A stretch of DNA of 64,000 bases, taken from the NCBI GenBank assembly GCA_013265495.1, contig MU058337.1, positions 4,878,716 through 4,942,715 of the forward strand. The letters are read 5' to 3'. This document shows, in pieces, positions 23,690 through 36,073 of this stretch; the first letter of the stretch is position 1, and every line of letters starts with the position of its first letter. Below the pieces are notes generated by a model. It saw only the letters and a program-made list of their open reading frames with translations, had not been told where the DNA came from and ran no database searches. A program made the position numbers and the translations under genes. Source of the DNA: Vicugna vicugna. Its lineage: Eukaryota.

Positions 23690-24480
23690 AGTGCTCTTCA
23701 TCTTCTTGGTAAATACAAGCTGAGCCTACTCCTTCTCCTCCATTCCTTAATGTTTCCAGTTTCCTAGACCCCATTTAATATGTGCAGCCAGGCATGTGTT
23801 TATCAATATAATTTCTGAAATTGTTCAATTTACAGATTATAATTGGGTACTGGGAAAACTGAGGAAATCGAGTTAAATTCTTTCTCTTCCTATTTCCACT
23901 GCCATGGTCTATGCTTGGATTTTCATCATTCACTTCTCAAACTGATAAATCCTCTTAACTTGCACTTCATATTGCTAATAATTCCTCTTTACTAGTCTAA
24001 CTATGTTCTACAACATGCATCTGATTATATTAACGTAATTATTTAGTCACAAACCTTGGGCAGTTTTGCATTTTTTTCTTAATGAAGAGCCATATGTTCT
24101 TAGCCTGAACTATAAAGTTTTCCATGATATGATCTTAAATCTATACTCTCTACGATACTCCCTTTGTGTCACGTTTTTTGGTCAAAAATCTATGCTGTTG
24201 CTCCAGCAGTTCTCTTTGGTTGGAATCCTCATTCTTCACTCTGACTTTAACTGGATAGATCTGCTTTATGTATTGAAACCCTACTTAACTTTCAAAGCAG
24301 AACTCAGCTTTTCCCTCTTGTTGGGAGTACACGAACATTCCAGTCAGGAATCACCCCTTTCTCATTCTGCTACATGTCATTTTAAGCCACCAGATCTGGT
24401 CTCGCATTAGCTTGAAAAGTTCTTACAGCAAGAACTCTGTCTGTTTAACCTCCTAATAGAACATGTTTTTAGTGTTGAAT
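23690..24480 (+). mobile_element. L2 LINE remnant (highly decayed)
   Basis: tttctcttcctatttccactgccatggtctatgcttgg...ttcttagcctgaactataaagttttccatgatatg...ending tgttgaat. Confidence 0.5.
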
Positions 24481-24745
24481 TGGGCATTCAAACACAAAAC
24501 CTGCTGAGAGCAAAGACATTGATTGCTTAACTAGCTTCTCCTTTTGACCTACAAGGTAGTTTGAAGTTGTGACTGAATAAAAAGCTGTTGCTAAGAGGCT
24601 GGGTCCAGTGATCCTAAGTTTTTGGCAGTACTGTTAGCTACATCTACAGTTAGCTAGATGATATAATAATTACAATTATTATGTAATATTATAATGTTAT
24701 GTATAATGGTAATAAACATTGTTTACACCTGGAAAATACCTACGT

Positions 24746-25320
24746 GTATTGGTCAGGATGCATTCAGCTACAAGTAACGGAGTATCCAACTGCTAGTAAC
24801 TTAATCTTTAGTAGGTGATTTTTTTTTTAATTGAAGTGTCTGAATGGAGAACATTATCAGCTTGTTCAGTGGCTTCGTTGATGACTTAGAAACTCAGCTC
24901 TTCCTCTCCTTATTGGGCACGTCATAGCCGCACGGTGACTGCCAGAGCTGGAGGCTTGTCTTTCTCGCACTGGTATTCCAGACAGAAAAGAAGGGGCCAG
25001 GCAAAATGGGTGGCCCCTTATCAAGGAGGGGAAACACAAACGTCTTACCTACCCCCGCTCCCATCGTACCCTCTTCCTCCCCAGCAAAACACCGCCCTTT
25101 ACACCTCATTGGCCAAGAGCTGGATCCCTCAGCTGCACCCTTCTCTGAGGAAGCTGCGGAAATGAGTTTCTATAAAAAGGAAGTGGACCAGCCATCCTGG
25201 GCTAGAGCAACTGTGTTTCATTCCTTGGGGTGGAGCATGTTGCCACAGTGAACAGAATCAGGATTCCCTTGACAAAAATGAATGGGATGCTGTTTGGTGA
25301 AAAGTTAGTGTCTCCCACAC
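24746..25320 (-). mobile_element. Old MaLR LTR (MLT1J/K-like)
   Basis: tgtattggtcaggatgcattcagctacaagtaacggagtatccaact...acacctcattggccaagagctggatc. Confidence 0.55.
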
Positions 25321-27928
25321 CGAGCAATTAAAAATCTCTTGCTAATTCTTCTCTAGGTCCTTTTCGACGCGTAAACGTCGTCCTGGGGGAGAATTCAGGC
25401 ATGTGGGGAAGTGCGTGAGCTTTTGAAAATCCCCATGATACAATAACTAAAGGGCATGCATTTTCAAGCACCAGTGTGCCTTTACGGAATTTCTTTTCTG
25501 TTTACTTTTCAGCACTTACCAGATTAATAGTATCTGAACCTGGCATTCATCTGCTAAGTAGTGCCCACGTGGTCCCAAAGAGCTACCAGTGTGCACAGTC
25601 CCTCAGGTTCCTGCTGGGATACAATTGAGCAGCTGTGCTAGGCAAGGGGAGAGGATATTAAAGAACCTTTGTAGACAGACCGGACTGCCAACTAGTACTC
25701 ATCAGACTGTGTCATCACGGACGTCCGCGTTGGGCGGTGATTACATGAAAGATTGGGACAGACTTCTGGGTTATTACTAGCGAAGTTTCCAGAATTCAAT
25801 CTCAGTGCAAGATCCATGGGCCATTTCACAGAGGGGAAAACTGAGGCACAGAAATGTTAATCTAATTGTAAGCTAGTGAAACCACTGAGAGGTAGGAACA
25901 GCCGTGACCTTGTGTGCTTCATATAATTGCTGTAGCAGCATCCCCTACCCCTGCCCTGCCCCAGCACACACACAAAAGGAAAAGGTATCAGTCTTCCCTC
26001 TTCAGGTGTCGTTATGTTTGTACTTCAAAATATTCAGGGCACATTAGAGCTGTATGTGTCCTATTCTAGAAATGTTTGGTGATTGCATTAATTATAAAAA
26101 CTTTTGCAAATGTGAGAAGTCTGTGTCAAACTTCTCTTTTATGTCTCCCTTTTTTCAAAAGAGAAAAACCTCTAACTTTCGCTTCTTTGTCATTAATGAG
26201 GCTTGTGAATTGGGAACGCTCATTTAATATCATTACTATGAGCTCATTTTATATCCGTATTTGTGATTAAGCTGTATTTGTGTATTAGAGAAGTCTAGAA
26301 GTCTGCCCCTTTGATAGTGAAAATGTTATGCAGCCGTATCAACCATATCAGTTTCCTCTATCTGTCTGTCTCTCTCACACACACACAAACACACAGACAT
26401 TTCTCTTTCTCAGTCGTTCCTACAGAATTGTTTAACGACACTAATTTTCAGTGTGTACTTGGCATGCTATATATTGGGCAATGAAACATGACATACTTTT
26501 AAACTCATTGTGATGGCTAATAAATTAAGTGCTGATAATAAAAATAAACTCCAATAGTAACATATAATATGCCCCTCCAAAGATGTGTCACTCCTTCATT
26601 TGACTGTTACGATGCATCATTGGTAAGGTTTAGCACATTTAAAAGACCACTTGAATACAACTGCTAAAGCTGACGAAAGATTAAGCTGTATTGGAAATGC
26701 ATGCTCATGGCCTGCTTGGACGTCGTTGCTTCTCAACAAAGTTTCCCTCTCTTTAAAAGTGACGCTTGAAAGTTATATCTGAATTAATATCCATTAACTG
26801 CCCTGGAAGAATTGTCCTATTTCAAAAGGTCTTTTTTCTACCATTAAATTGCCAGATTATTGCCTTTTACATAATACTTTTATGTTTGGCGACAACTCAT
26901 TTTAAAGAAAGATTTATTTCTAGGATTATTTTATTAGAGAATCTCGGTATTAAGTGATTTAAAACTCTGGGAAATAAAGAGTTTTTCTTCTAGATATAAT
27001 ATATAGTAATCTCTCTAGGTTCAATATAGAAAAATGTCTATAAAAGCAAGCTTTCTAGGTAATATAATAGTATTTCATTGATCATAAATCACAATATTAT
27101 GCTGATTAAGGAAAGTGATATGTAGTTTTTTTTAATCAGATCTGTATTTCATGAGTGGAGCTATGTTGACAGATTAGGCTACTAATTCCTATTTCTAACG
27201 TTGTGTAGCAGTTTGCTTTTTAGGGCAATGAATGGAACTCAAAATAGAACAAACATTCTGTTTGATACTTATTGCTTGTGTTGAAAATATATAATTTTAA
27301 AACATAAAAGTTAAAATGTAAGCTAATTTTCAAAACCATCTCTAAAAGAGTCAGTATAAGTGACCATCCTGAATTTTAGGGACCCTGAGGGAGACGGAAT
27401 CCATCAGCAGTTCCCTGTCTTTTTCATGCCCTCTTTGGCACTTTCATGAGGCTGAGACCATCATCCAAACAGCCAAGTAACAAAAAGGGAAAAACAGAAT
27501 CCAAACCTCCTCAAGTGGTAGCTGTGATGTGGTGAAAACTTCATCCCTTCATTCATTCAATAAATGTTGACTCCACTGCTAGTTTGTGTTTGCAAGTTTC
27601 TTGAGGATTAAGGAAGGCTTTCTCAGAGGGAGCGATGCACCTGAGACTGAGTAGAGATCCCCTGGCGCTTGCAGAGGCAAGAAGGGGAGGGTGGCACAGG
27701 GATCGGGGATGTTCTGGCTGGCCTTCCAGGGAGCTGTGGCTCCATCTGTGCAAGTGATTGGGAACAACTGAAGTTCTTAAAGCCGATTGATGGAGTAGAT
27801 TATGTGTTTTAGAAAACTGACTCATTTAAACTTGTAGACGAGGAACTGGGGCAGGAAGGAAGGATAGGTGGACAATAAGGAAGGCAGGAGATCAGCTAGA
27901 AGTCTCGTTCATCAAACACTGTTTGGAC

Positions 27929-28150
27929 CAGCAGTCAGCAAAATTTGTGTGTAAAATGCCAGGCAGTAAATACGTTAGGCTTTGTGGTCCCTATGGTCCC
28001 ATCATAAATGCTCCACTCTGTGCTGTAATGGGAACGCAACCTTAGGCAATTTATAAACAAATGGGCCTGGCTATGTTCCAATAAAACTTTATTTATAAAA
28101 ACAGACACCAGGCTAGATTTGGTCTAAGGGTCATAGTTTGCCAATCCTTG
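27929..28150. mobile_element. MER58A hAT-Charlie MITE, near full length
   Basis: TIRs cagcagtcagcaaa / tttgccaatccttg; internal gttccaataaaactttatttataaaaacag; 8-bp TSD-like gtttggac (27921-27928) and atttagac (28151-28158). Confidence 0.9.
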
Positions 28151-28189
28151 ATTTAGACTATCAAATATGCATCAAAAATTAAAATGGAT

Positions 28190-28370
28190 AGTCACTATAT
28201 ATAAAAATAGATTTTAAAAGTTTCTCTACTTAGCACAGGGAACTATAATCAATATCTTGTAAAATAACCTTTAATGAAAATGAATATATGTCTGTATATG
28301 CATGACTGGGACATTGTGCTGTACAGCAGAAATTGACACATTATAACTGACTGTACTTCAATTAGAAAAG
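28190..28370 (+). mobile_element. Short cetartiodactyl/camelid L1 3' end
   Basis: tagcacagggaactataatcaatatcttgta...cagaaattgacacattataactgactgtacttcaatt is the reverse complement of the 3' end type seen at ~1650 and ~33430. Confidence 0.85.
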
Positions 28371-28403
28371 AATTGATGGCCATATTAAAACTTGCTATTT
28401 ACA

Positions 28404-28920
28404 ACCATGTTTATAGCAGTGATTTTCACACTTGCCAAAAAGTAGAAGCAACTCAAGTGTCCATTGATGGATGAATGGATAAGCAAAATATGGTGGATAT
28501 GTACAATGGAATATTATTCAGTCTTAAAAAGGAGGGAAATTCTGACACATGCTACAGCATGGATGGACCTTGAGGACATTATGCTAAGCAAAATAAGCCA
28601 GTCACAAAAGGACAAATACCATATGATTCCACTTATTTGAGATACCTAGGGCAGCCAGATTCTTAGAGACAGAAAGTAGAATGGAGGTTGCTGGGGTCTG
28701 GGAGGAGAGGGAAATGGGAGTTATTGCTTAATGGGTACGGGGTTTCAGTTTTATAAGGTGAATGAGTTCTAGAAATGGATGAGGGTGATGTTTGGATAAC
28801 AGTGTAAATGCAATGAATGCCACTGAACTGTATACTTTAAAATGGTTTAAATGGTAAATGTTAGGTTATGTGTATTTTACCACAACTTTAAAACAATAAG
28901 TGATTGAATAAAAAAGCAAA
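28404..28920 (+). mobile_element. L1MB-type 3' end
   Basis: atggatgaatggataagcaaaatatgg...gaccttgaggacattatgctaagcaaaataagccagtcacaaaaggacaaatac...gccactgaactgtatactttaaaatgg...tgtgtattttaccacaa. Confidence 0.9.
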
Positions 28921-29069
28921 AAGCTAGTCACTCTTGCTCTATTCCAATTCTGCTTTATAGTGGCTGTTAAACTAGTGGCCCACATACAATTATTGCAGGC
29001 GCTTGAGTGAAACCTATAGCATGGTGAAGGTGTCAGGAGACCGTGACCCAGAGGCGGGGTCTCAGGCTC

Positions 29070-29650
29070 TTTTTGTAACAGTTTTGAGGTCTTTTGACTG
29101 CGGGTAACAAAAACTCTGAATCAAACTGATTTAGCAACATGGAAATTTATTCTTTAATACCGCAGTAAGTCCAAAGGGAATGCAACTTACATGACTGACT
29201 CAGTTCAATATGACCTCAAATTACATCCTTCAGAACTGCCCCTTTTCCTATACCGCCATCCGTGGAGTTGGTCTCCTCCCCAGGCTGGTAGCAAAGTGAC
29301 TACGGCAGGTCCTGGCAACATAGCCAAAAATACTCCCAGGGAAATATGAAATTGTCTCTTCCAGGGACCACTTCTTAGAAATGAAAACCTCTTTCTCCAG
29401 AGTCCCCTGAGTTTATTGGCCTGAACGAGGTCACATGGCTGATGCTAAACTGATCGCTTGTGCCGTGTGTTGGATTGACCTTGGGTCAGTTTAATGGCGT
29501 CTCATTTTTGAATGTGAGAGGGGGGTCATTTCCCGAGGCACTTGGCTGCCTGGTTAAGGCAGATATCTGAACAAAACTGAATTCGGTTTGGGAAGGAAGA
29601 GATGTCGTTTGTGGAGAGTGGGGTTTGCACCCGAGGTAGACCAGAAACGG
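29070..29650 (-). mobile_element. Old MaLR LTR (MLT1J/K-like, decayed)
   Basis: tttgactgcgggtaacaaaaactctgaatcaaactgatttagcaacatggaaatttatt...tattggcctgaacgaggtcacatggct. Confidence 0.45.
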
Positions 29651-30051
29651 TAGGAGAGTGGGGTTATTTTTAGGGCTGTGTTGTGTGTCAGACGGTACAA
29701 GGGCATCTTTGCATTTCCTCACGTAACCTTGAGGAAAACTGTGGGGTAGAAATCCTCTCTCTTTTTTTAAGTAAATGACAAAAACTGGGGCATGAAGGTT
29801 TAAAAACTCATGTGCCTTGGACTCCAAAACCTCTGCTCATTCTACGCTTGGCACCGCCTTTCAAAATGTACGAATAACTTCACAGCTGAAAAGCATTCAG
29901 TCTTTCCCATAGTCATAACTTTCAGGTAGAGATGATTTTTTACCGTTTGTAGGGGTGGATACTGAGAGATTCGGGGGCCTTAAGCAAATGCTCAAGTTTA
30001 CACAGCTGGTAAGTGGCAGAGCTTGCATTCAGACCCAGTCTTTGACTTTAG

Positions 30052-30220
30052 AGCGATGTTTCCTAGTCTTGGGACCACTGACATTTTGAGCTGGGCGGTT
30101 CTCTGTTGTGGAGGGATGTCCTGGGCATTACAGAGTGTGTAGCAGCATCCCCGACCCCTCCCCACTAGATGCCACTTGCACCTCTCCCTTCCTTGTGACA
30201 AAAATATGTAGAGCATTGTT
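30052..30220. mobile_element. MER20 hAT-Charlie fragment
   Basis: ccactgacattttgagctgggcggttctctgttgtggagggatgtcctgggcattacagagtgtgtagcagcatccccgacccctccccactagatgcca. Confidence 0.85.
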
Positions 30221-30244
30221 TTGAAGGTCAGATGGAACCCAGAA

Positions 30245-30410
30245 GAGTAGAATTTAGTGGTTTTAAGAGTGTAGAGCTTCCAGTTAGACTGCCTAGATTC
30301 AGGATTCAGAGCCAACATTTATTAGCTGTTATCCATAGACTGTCTATCAATTTTCTGTGCCTCAGTTTCCCCATCTACAAAATGGGGATAATAATAATAC
30401 CCACTTGTCA
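30245..30410 (+). mobile_element. MIR SINE
   Basis: tagtggttttaagagtgtagagcttccagttagactgcctagattc...tctgtgcctcagtttccccatctacaaaatggggataataataatacc. Confidence 0.85.
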
Positions 30411-32554
30411 CGGAGTAAACACACTGATTATGCAAGCTGCGCGCCTCGGCTGCGCAGGGAGGGAAGCGGAGGCTGAGAGGCTTTCTGTTTTGAGCTCACG
30501 GCCTGACTTCCATTAGCCTTCCAGGCTGATTTCCGTTACGCTTGCCCTGAGGGCTGCAGCTTACGTTTCCGGCCTCGTTACAGAAGGAATAGCTGTTTTA
30601 TAAGGGCGGTTTTTTGGATGGAGATTCAATAAACACCTTACCTTATTATTGAAGTGTAGCAAAGACTTTGTTTTTGGCTCAGGTTTGCCCTGAGAGAGTC
30701 ACAGAGACACAGACATCAGTGCAGGAGGTTTTGGTGATTTGCAAGTTTAGTTCCTTCCTTTACAGACGGGAGGTGACCAGTCTGGGGAGGACTAATGATC
30801 TTCCTAGGGCTGCAGAGCTGGTTCTTGGGAACCCACGGCTGTGCCTTGGGGCCACTGCTTGTCAGTTTAGTGTGTTTCTCATACCAGTCGTCAACATTTT
30901 CTTGGGGACAGATCTTTTGTAGATGCCTAATATTCACTTGAGAGTAATGATGGTTATCCTGCAGCTAATAGAAATGTTCTGTAAGTTAACAAATGAAATC
31001 AAACGAGAACCATATTTTAAAACATAAATATTTATTTCTTAATCGTTTTCGGGTGTCTGAGAGTAAGACTGATACTTTTGCTAAAATTTATTTCATTATT
31101 GTTCCAGAATAGTCACCAATGTTACAGTGTAAGGAAATAAAGAGCTGCCTTTTCCCCAGTCACTCTGTGATGATACTTAGAGTAACAGTGTCCACTGCTG
31201 GCAAATCAGATAATTGCACCGCGCTTTTACACAGTTTGCTCTACGGGAGGAATAACATTTTACCTTCACCAGGATGCATTTTCAGGTCAGGGATTTAACG
31301 TATATATCCTGAACAGATACCACTGCTGTTTTAAAAAACATGCTGGTTTCCCATTAGGCCAATAATTGATTACTGATTTGCCTCTATAAATCTAAGGATA
31401 CAGCTGTTCCAATAGCAGCAGCGCCTGTTTGAAGATAGGTGAAGTTTCAGATATTTAAAGAGTAGAGAACATAGTTTTCACAAACACGGTGGTATTCAGT
31501 CTCAAATGAGTAAAGTCAATTCTCATTTTATGGTGATGCAACTGAATTTTTTTTTTTGGTCGTTTCAACAATAATTCACCAAAAATTTACCTGGGTTGTT
31601 TATCTTTCAGGACACTTCATCACAGGTTTGGAAGAAGAAAAGTAGGAGACTATTGAAATGGGATTTTAAAAAATTTATTAAAAATAATTAAGGACAACTC
31701 AGTTTGTTAAACCTTTGAAACACAATATGTAGTCTAAGAATGTAATGGATTTAACTGACCAGTTGGATAAAAGCCTCACCAGAAATGGCTTCTTTTCCAA
31801 GATTTCTGTGTGCTTTAGAAAGGCTTCTTGGGCTTCAGTGCCAAAAACAGGCAGCAGAGGGCCCAGCACCTTGTAACTAGGAGAAGATGTGTTGAAACCA
31901 AGGGCAGATTTTTTTGTTCCTCTTTTCTGTTTCTCCTTCAAATTTGTATTTGGATGTGGTAAAAGCTGGAGGTTTTACTGACTTATTTGCTTTTGCTACA
32001 GGGGAAAAAACATTAAGATGTGTGCATAAAATGATCTTATGTTGGTATAATTTAGAGAAATCAACAAATAGCAATTTATCGCAGAGCTGGAAGTCTAGCT
32101 TGGATAGTTAAGAGCTAGCCTGGAACTGCAGTGTTTATCAGCTTTGCGACTGCAGAGCTGTAGCTCTCCCAGGCAGCCAAGTCCTTCAAGATGAGGATGC
32201 ATAGTGATGAAGATTGTTACATTATATGCAAATGCTGCAGCCCTTTCTCCTGCTTTGTGATGAATCCCAGTTTTTTGCATTTGAAGCTGCAGGCCTCCAG
32301 GCACCAGGCAGGCTGATAACATCAATCTCCACCACGTTACAGCTTCCAGTTCACCAGGTCGTCCTCTCAGGACTCTTAGTGTCTCTCTTGACCTGCAGGA
32401 TCAAGCCGGGTTCCCTTCTGAGTCTCTTGAGTGCCTTCTCCTGGGGGCTGTACCTCCCCCAAGGACTTTATCTGTTCTTACCATATTCTGTTTCCACGTT
32501 CTGTTTTCCAAAATCTCCCACATGCAAATTTTAATTTGCAATATTCTCTATGTG

Positions 32555-32880
32555 TTTATTCATTCAGCAAATATTTTCTGACTTTTACTCTGTGTCAGGT
32601 GCTGGGAACAGAGCAAAGAACAAGACGTATGAGGCCTCTGCTCCCAGGGAGGGAGAAGGAGCTGAAGTGTGTAAAGACAGAAATCAAGACGAGCTATCAC
32701 ACTGAGGAAGATCTCAGCAGACAAGACTAGCTGAGATGTGAAGAGCGCAGGGAGTCAGCTGAGATTGGCAGTTACTGTAGACTGGCTGGGCCCGAAGAGC
32801 CCGAGCAGGTGATGCTGGGCTGGAAACCTGGATGACAGGAAAGGGCAGGCCCTACAAATACTTCAGGCAGGAAAAGGCAG
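32555..32880 (-). mobile_element. L2 LINE 3' fragment
   Basis: ttattcattcagcaaatattttctgacttttactctgtgtcaggtgctgggaacagagcaaagaacaagac. Confidence 0.75.
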
Positions 32881-33417
32881 TTTGTGCTGCAGCCTCACAC
32901 TTTGTGCTTTGGAAGAATAGAAAATAGGCCACTCAATCTCCCTGTGCTGCTTTCCTGTTCACCTTGGGAAGGACAGGCGAGCACAGGGAATACCTTTTTC
33001 ATTCCCGTCTCACTGGAGAGTTGCGTCTCCCTTGAATGCCTGTGCCTGCACTCCTGCCTCCTTAATCACCGCCGCTCTGCGTACTTCCAGGGGAACAGGA
33101 GACCTCGTTTCACCCTCCCAATCGCCCTTTTACATTACTTCTCTGCCCCTTATGTGTGAAATGCTACTTCCCTAGGCACACTGATGGTTGAGTGTCTTGC
33201 TAGCCAACCCAAGGCACAGACAGAGCTAGAATTTACTGCCTAGAAGAACATTAATCAAGATCATTCAAAGTAAGCCCTCTATTTTGTAGGTTCAGAGAGG
33301 TCAAGAGACTTGGACAAGGCCGTTTTGCCAATTTAGAGAGGAAAAGAACCCGGGAATTATGCATCCCACTTTGCACTGTCTTGTTCTGTGTGCTATGATA
33401 CACCCTCTGCAGAGTTC

Positions 33418-33666
33418 TTTTTTTAGTTAAAGTGTAGTCAGTTTACAATGTTACGTCAATTTCTGCTACACAGCATAATGTTTCAGTCATACATGTACAT
33501 ACTTTTATTCCTTTTCATATTCTTTTTCATTATAGGTTACTGTAAGATACTGAATATAGTTCCCTGGTCTATACAATAGAAATTGTTGCTTATCTATTTT
33601 AGAGATAGTGGTTAGTATTTGCAAAACTCAGACTCCCTCCCCCCACCTTCCCCCCTCCCCCCTTGG
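33418..33666 (-). mobile_element. Cetartiodactyl/camelid L1 3' end
   Basis: aaagtgtagtcagtttacaatgttacgtcaatttctg...cttttcatattctttttcattataggttactgtaagatactgaatatagttccctg. Confidence 0.9.
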
Positions 33667-34537
33667 ATCTCATGTGGTTCTTTGGCTTTAGGACCCTTCC
33701 CTTCATACTGTTTCCTTCCAAAGCATGCCAGTTCTTTGCCCCATTTTCATTTAATAGGAGCATTTGGTGGTCTTTGGACTCAATAAGGGAGCTTTCCCCC
33801 CTCATAAACTAGCTTAAATACAAACAGAAAGGCTACACATCCACTGAATTCTCCTCACACTGAGACCATTTCAGGCGAAGAGTGCAGTTTTATAAAACCG
33901 ACCAGCATTTGCAGTCTACGAATCCAGACTAAGGAAGGAGATCGAAGGCTGCTCCATCAGTGCCTGGAGAGGGTATTTTTACAAAGCTCTGTTACTCAAG
34001 ATGCAAGTCCAGCCACGCCCAGTGGTGTGTTTAAGCGTCCTGAGCTAACCCAGGGGCCCTCCTGGCCTAATTCTAACTTCTCCACTCAACCTTTATAAAG
34101 GTCAGAGATGGGCTCACAGTCTGAGATAATGTACAGAAAGGATTCACGTTCAGTCTTGGGGTCATAGAATGTCAGATAAAAATAAAGGAGAGGATGAACT
34201 CAGAGTGCTTAGAAGCTGGCTTCAGCTTCAAGCCTTTTCTAATCATCATTCTGTGAGCCTGTGTACTGCTGCTGTTAATAACTCTAAAGCTATTTCCAAG
34301 AGGGATGGAGAAGCCCTACCACGAAAGGGAAAAAGAGGCCAAGGCCAGAAGGTCTACGAAGTGCACAGAATTGTATTGAACAGTTATTTCTCTGGAGCTA
34401 GGAAGTATAACTCGGGAAAAATTTAGAGATCAACATAGAATCTGCAGCTCATCAGACTTATTCATTCATCAAACATTCAGAGTTCAGCCGTGGCCTTGTC
34501 AAGCTATTCTGATGCTGTACATGTGCCAGCTCTAAGG

Positions 34538-34744
34538 CAAGCTTGCTCAGCCTTGGCTCTGTTGACATTTTTGGTGGGTAACTTCTTGTTGTGGGACGTA
34601 AGGTACGATGTTTAGCAGCACTCCTGGCCTCTACCCATTAGATGCTCAAAGCACCATCACTCGAATTTGTGACAGCTAAAAATGTCTCCAGACTTTGCCA
34701 CACATGCCCTAGGGGGGCAAAATCTTCCCGGTGGAGAGCCATTG
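34538..34744. mobile_element. MER20 hAT-Charlie MITE
   Basis: ctcagccttggctctgttgacattttt...gatgtttagcagcactcctggcctctacccattagatgc...gtgacagctaaaaatgtctccagactttgcca...ggggggcaaaatc. Confidence 0.9.
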
Positions 34745-35669
34745 GCTCCTGGATAAAGGTATTCCTTTTTCTCAGAAGGACAATTCTTATTTATTATTTC
34801 TGTCCCATCCAATTCTAGAAAAGGATTTGAAGGAGTTTATGGCCAAAAACAAAACATAGCTTGGCATATTTGTTAGTTTAATGACTGAGTATTAAATAAA
34901 ATATAGTGATGAGAGAGGAAGACCTACCAGAAATCTAGGCTGAGGACAGCAATTATGTTTAAAGAAAACATTTAGCTTTGAGATTCCAAGGGGACAAACT
35001 GAAAAGGAAAATCAGTTACCTAATTCTTATTAACAGATAAAACGAAAAAATAAATACCAGCTTTATTTGAATGAGATTTTCTTTCTGGCCTGGATTTTAT
35101 TAGGGGAATAGCATGATGTTATTTCAGAAGCCATTTTTATTAGAAACTAAATGAATATTCTTCCCATGTTCACATCCAGTGTGAACCCAGGAGATAAGAG
35201 CAGAGGGAATCATTGTAAACATGAATTTCATGAAGACGTTCTTCGCCAGATGTTCATCATAATTAATTTTTAACACTGCTTGATTAAGAAAAGCCATTCC
35301 TGGTGAACAGACGTGATGGGCATCTCTCTGTGCCAGTGAATGTCACTGCTATGCACTCAGCCAATGGCTAAAAGTGGTCCCTAGCTGCCTGGAGATGGTG
35401 CTTTGAATGCACAAATGGATTGAGTTTCCAAGGCCAGACTGCGAAGTCACAAATGAAAACTTGGCGAATTGCCTGTTCTTACCCCCACGGAAGTCAACAC
35501 GGCAGTACCTTTGCTGGCGGAACCGGTGACTGGCCTGGCCCCAGAGGGACTTGTCGGAAAGCCTAATAAAGCAATGGCTGGTCTAGAGAGTGTCACAGGT
35601 GTGAGGGCCGGGCCTGCTTGACTTCAGAGCTTGTCCTTTTAAGAGAAGAGTGAGTTTATTTTCAAATAG

Positions 35670-36073
35670 TGTATTCATTTCCCAGGTCTTCCTTAGCAAA
35701 ATACCACAGGCTAGGTGGCTTAAACTAAATAAATGCGTCTTCTCACGGCTCTGGAGGCCGGGAATCCAACATCAGGACGGTGTCAGGCTTGGCGTCTTCT
35801 GAGGCCTCTCTCCTTGGCTTGGAAATGATCACCTTCTATCTGTGTCCTCACGTGGCCTTTCCTCTGTGCACACAACCCTGGGGTCTCTCTGTGTGTCCAA
35901 ATTTTCTATTTTTATAAGGACAGCAGCCAGATGGGATTAGGGCCCACCCTAAGGGCCTCATTTTAACTTAACCACCTCTGAAAAGGCTCTGTCTCCAAAT
36001 CAGCCACGTCCTGAGATACTGGTTGTTGGGGCTTCAGCTTACGAATTGGGGGAATACAATTCAGCCCATAACA
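35670..36073 (-). mobile_element. MLT1B-like MaLR solo LTR, full length
   Basis: TG...CA ends (tgtattcattt ... acaattcagcccataaca), ~400 bp, 5-bp TSD-like aatag / aagag. Confidence 0.9.
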
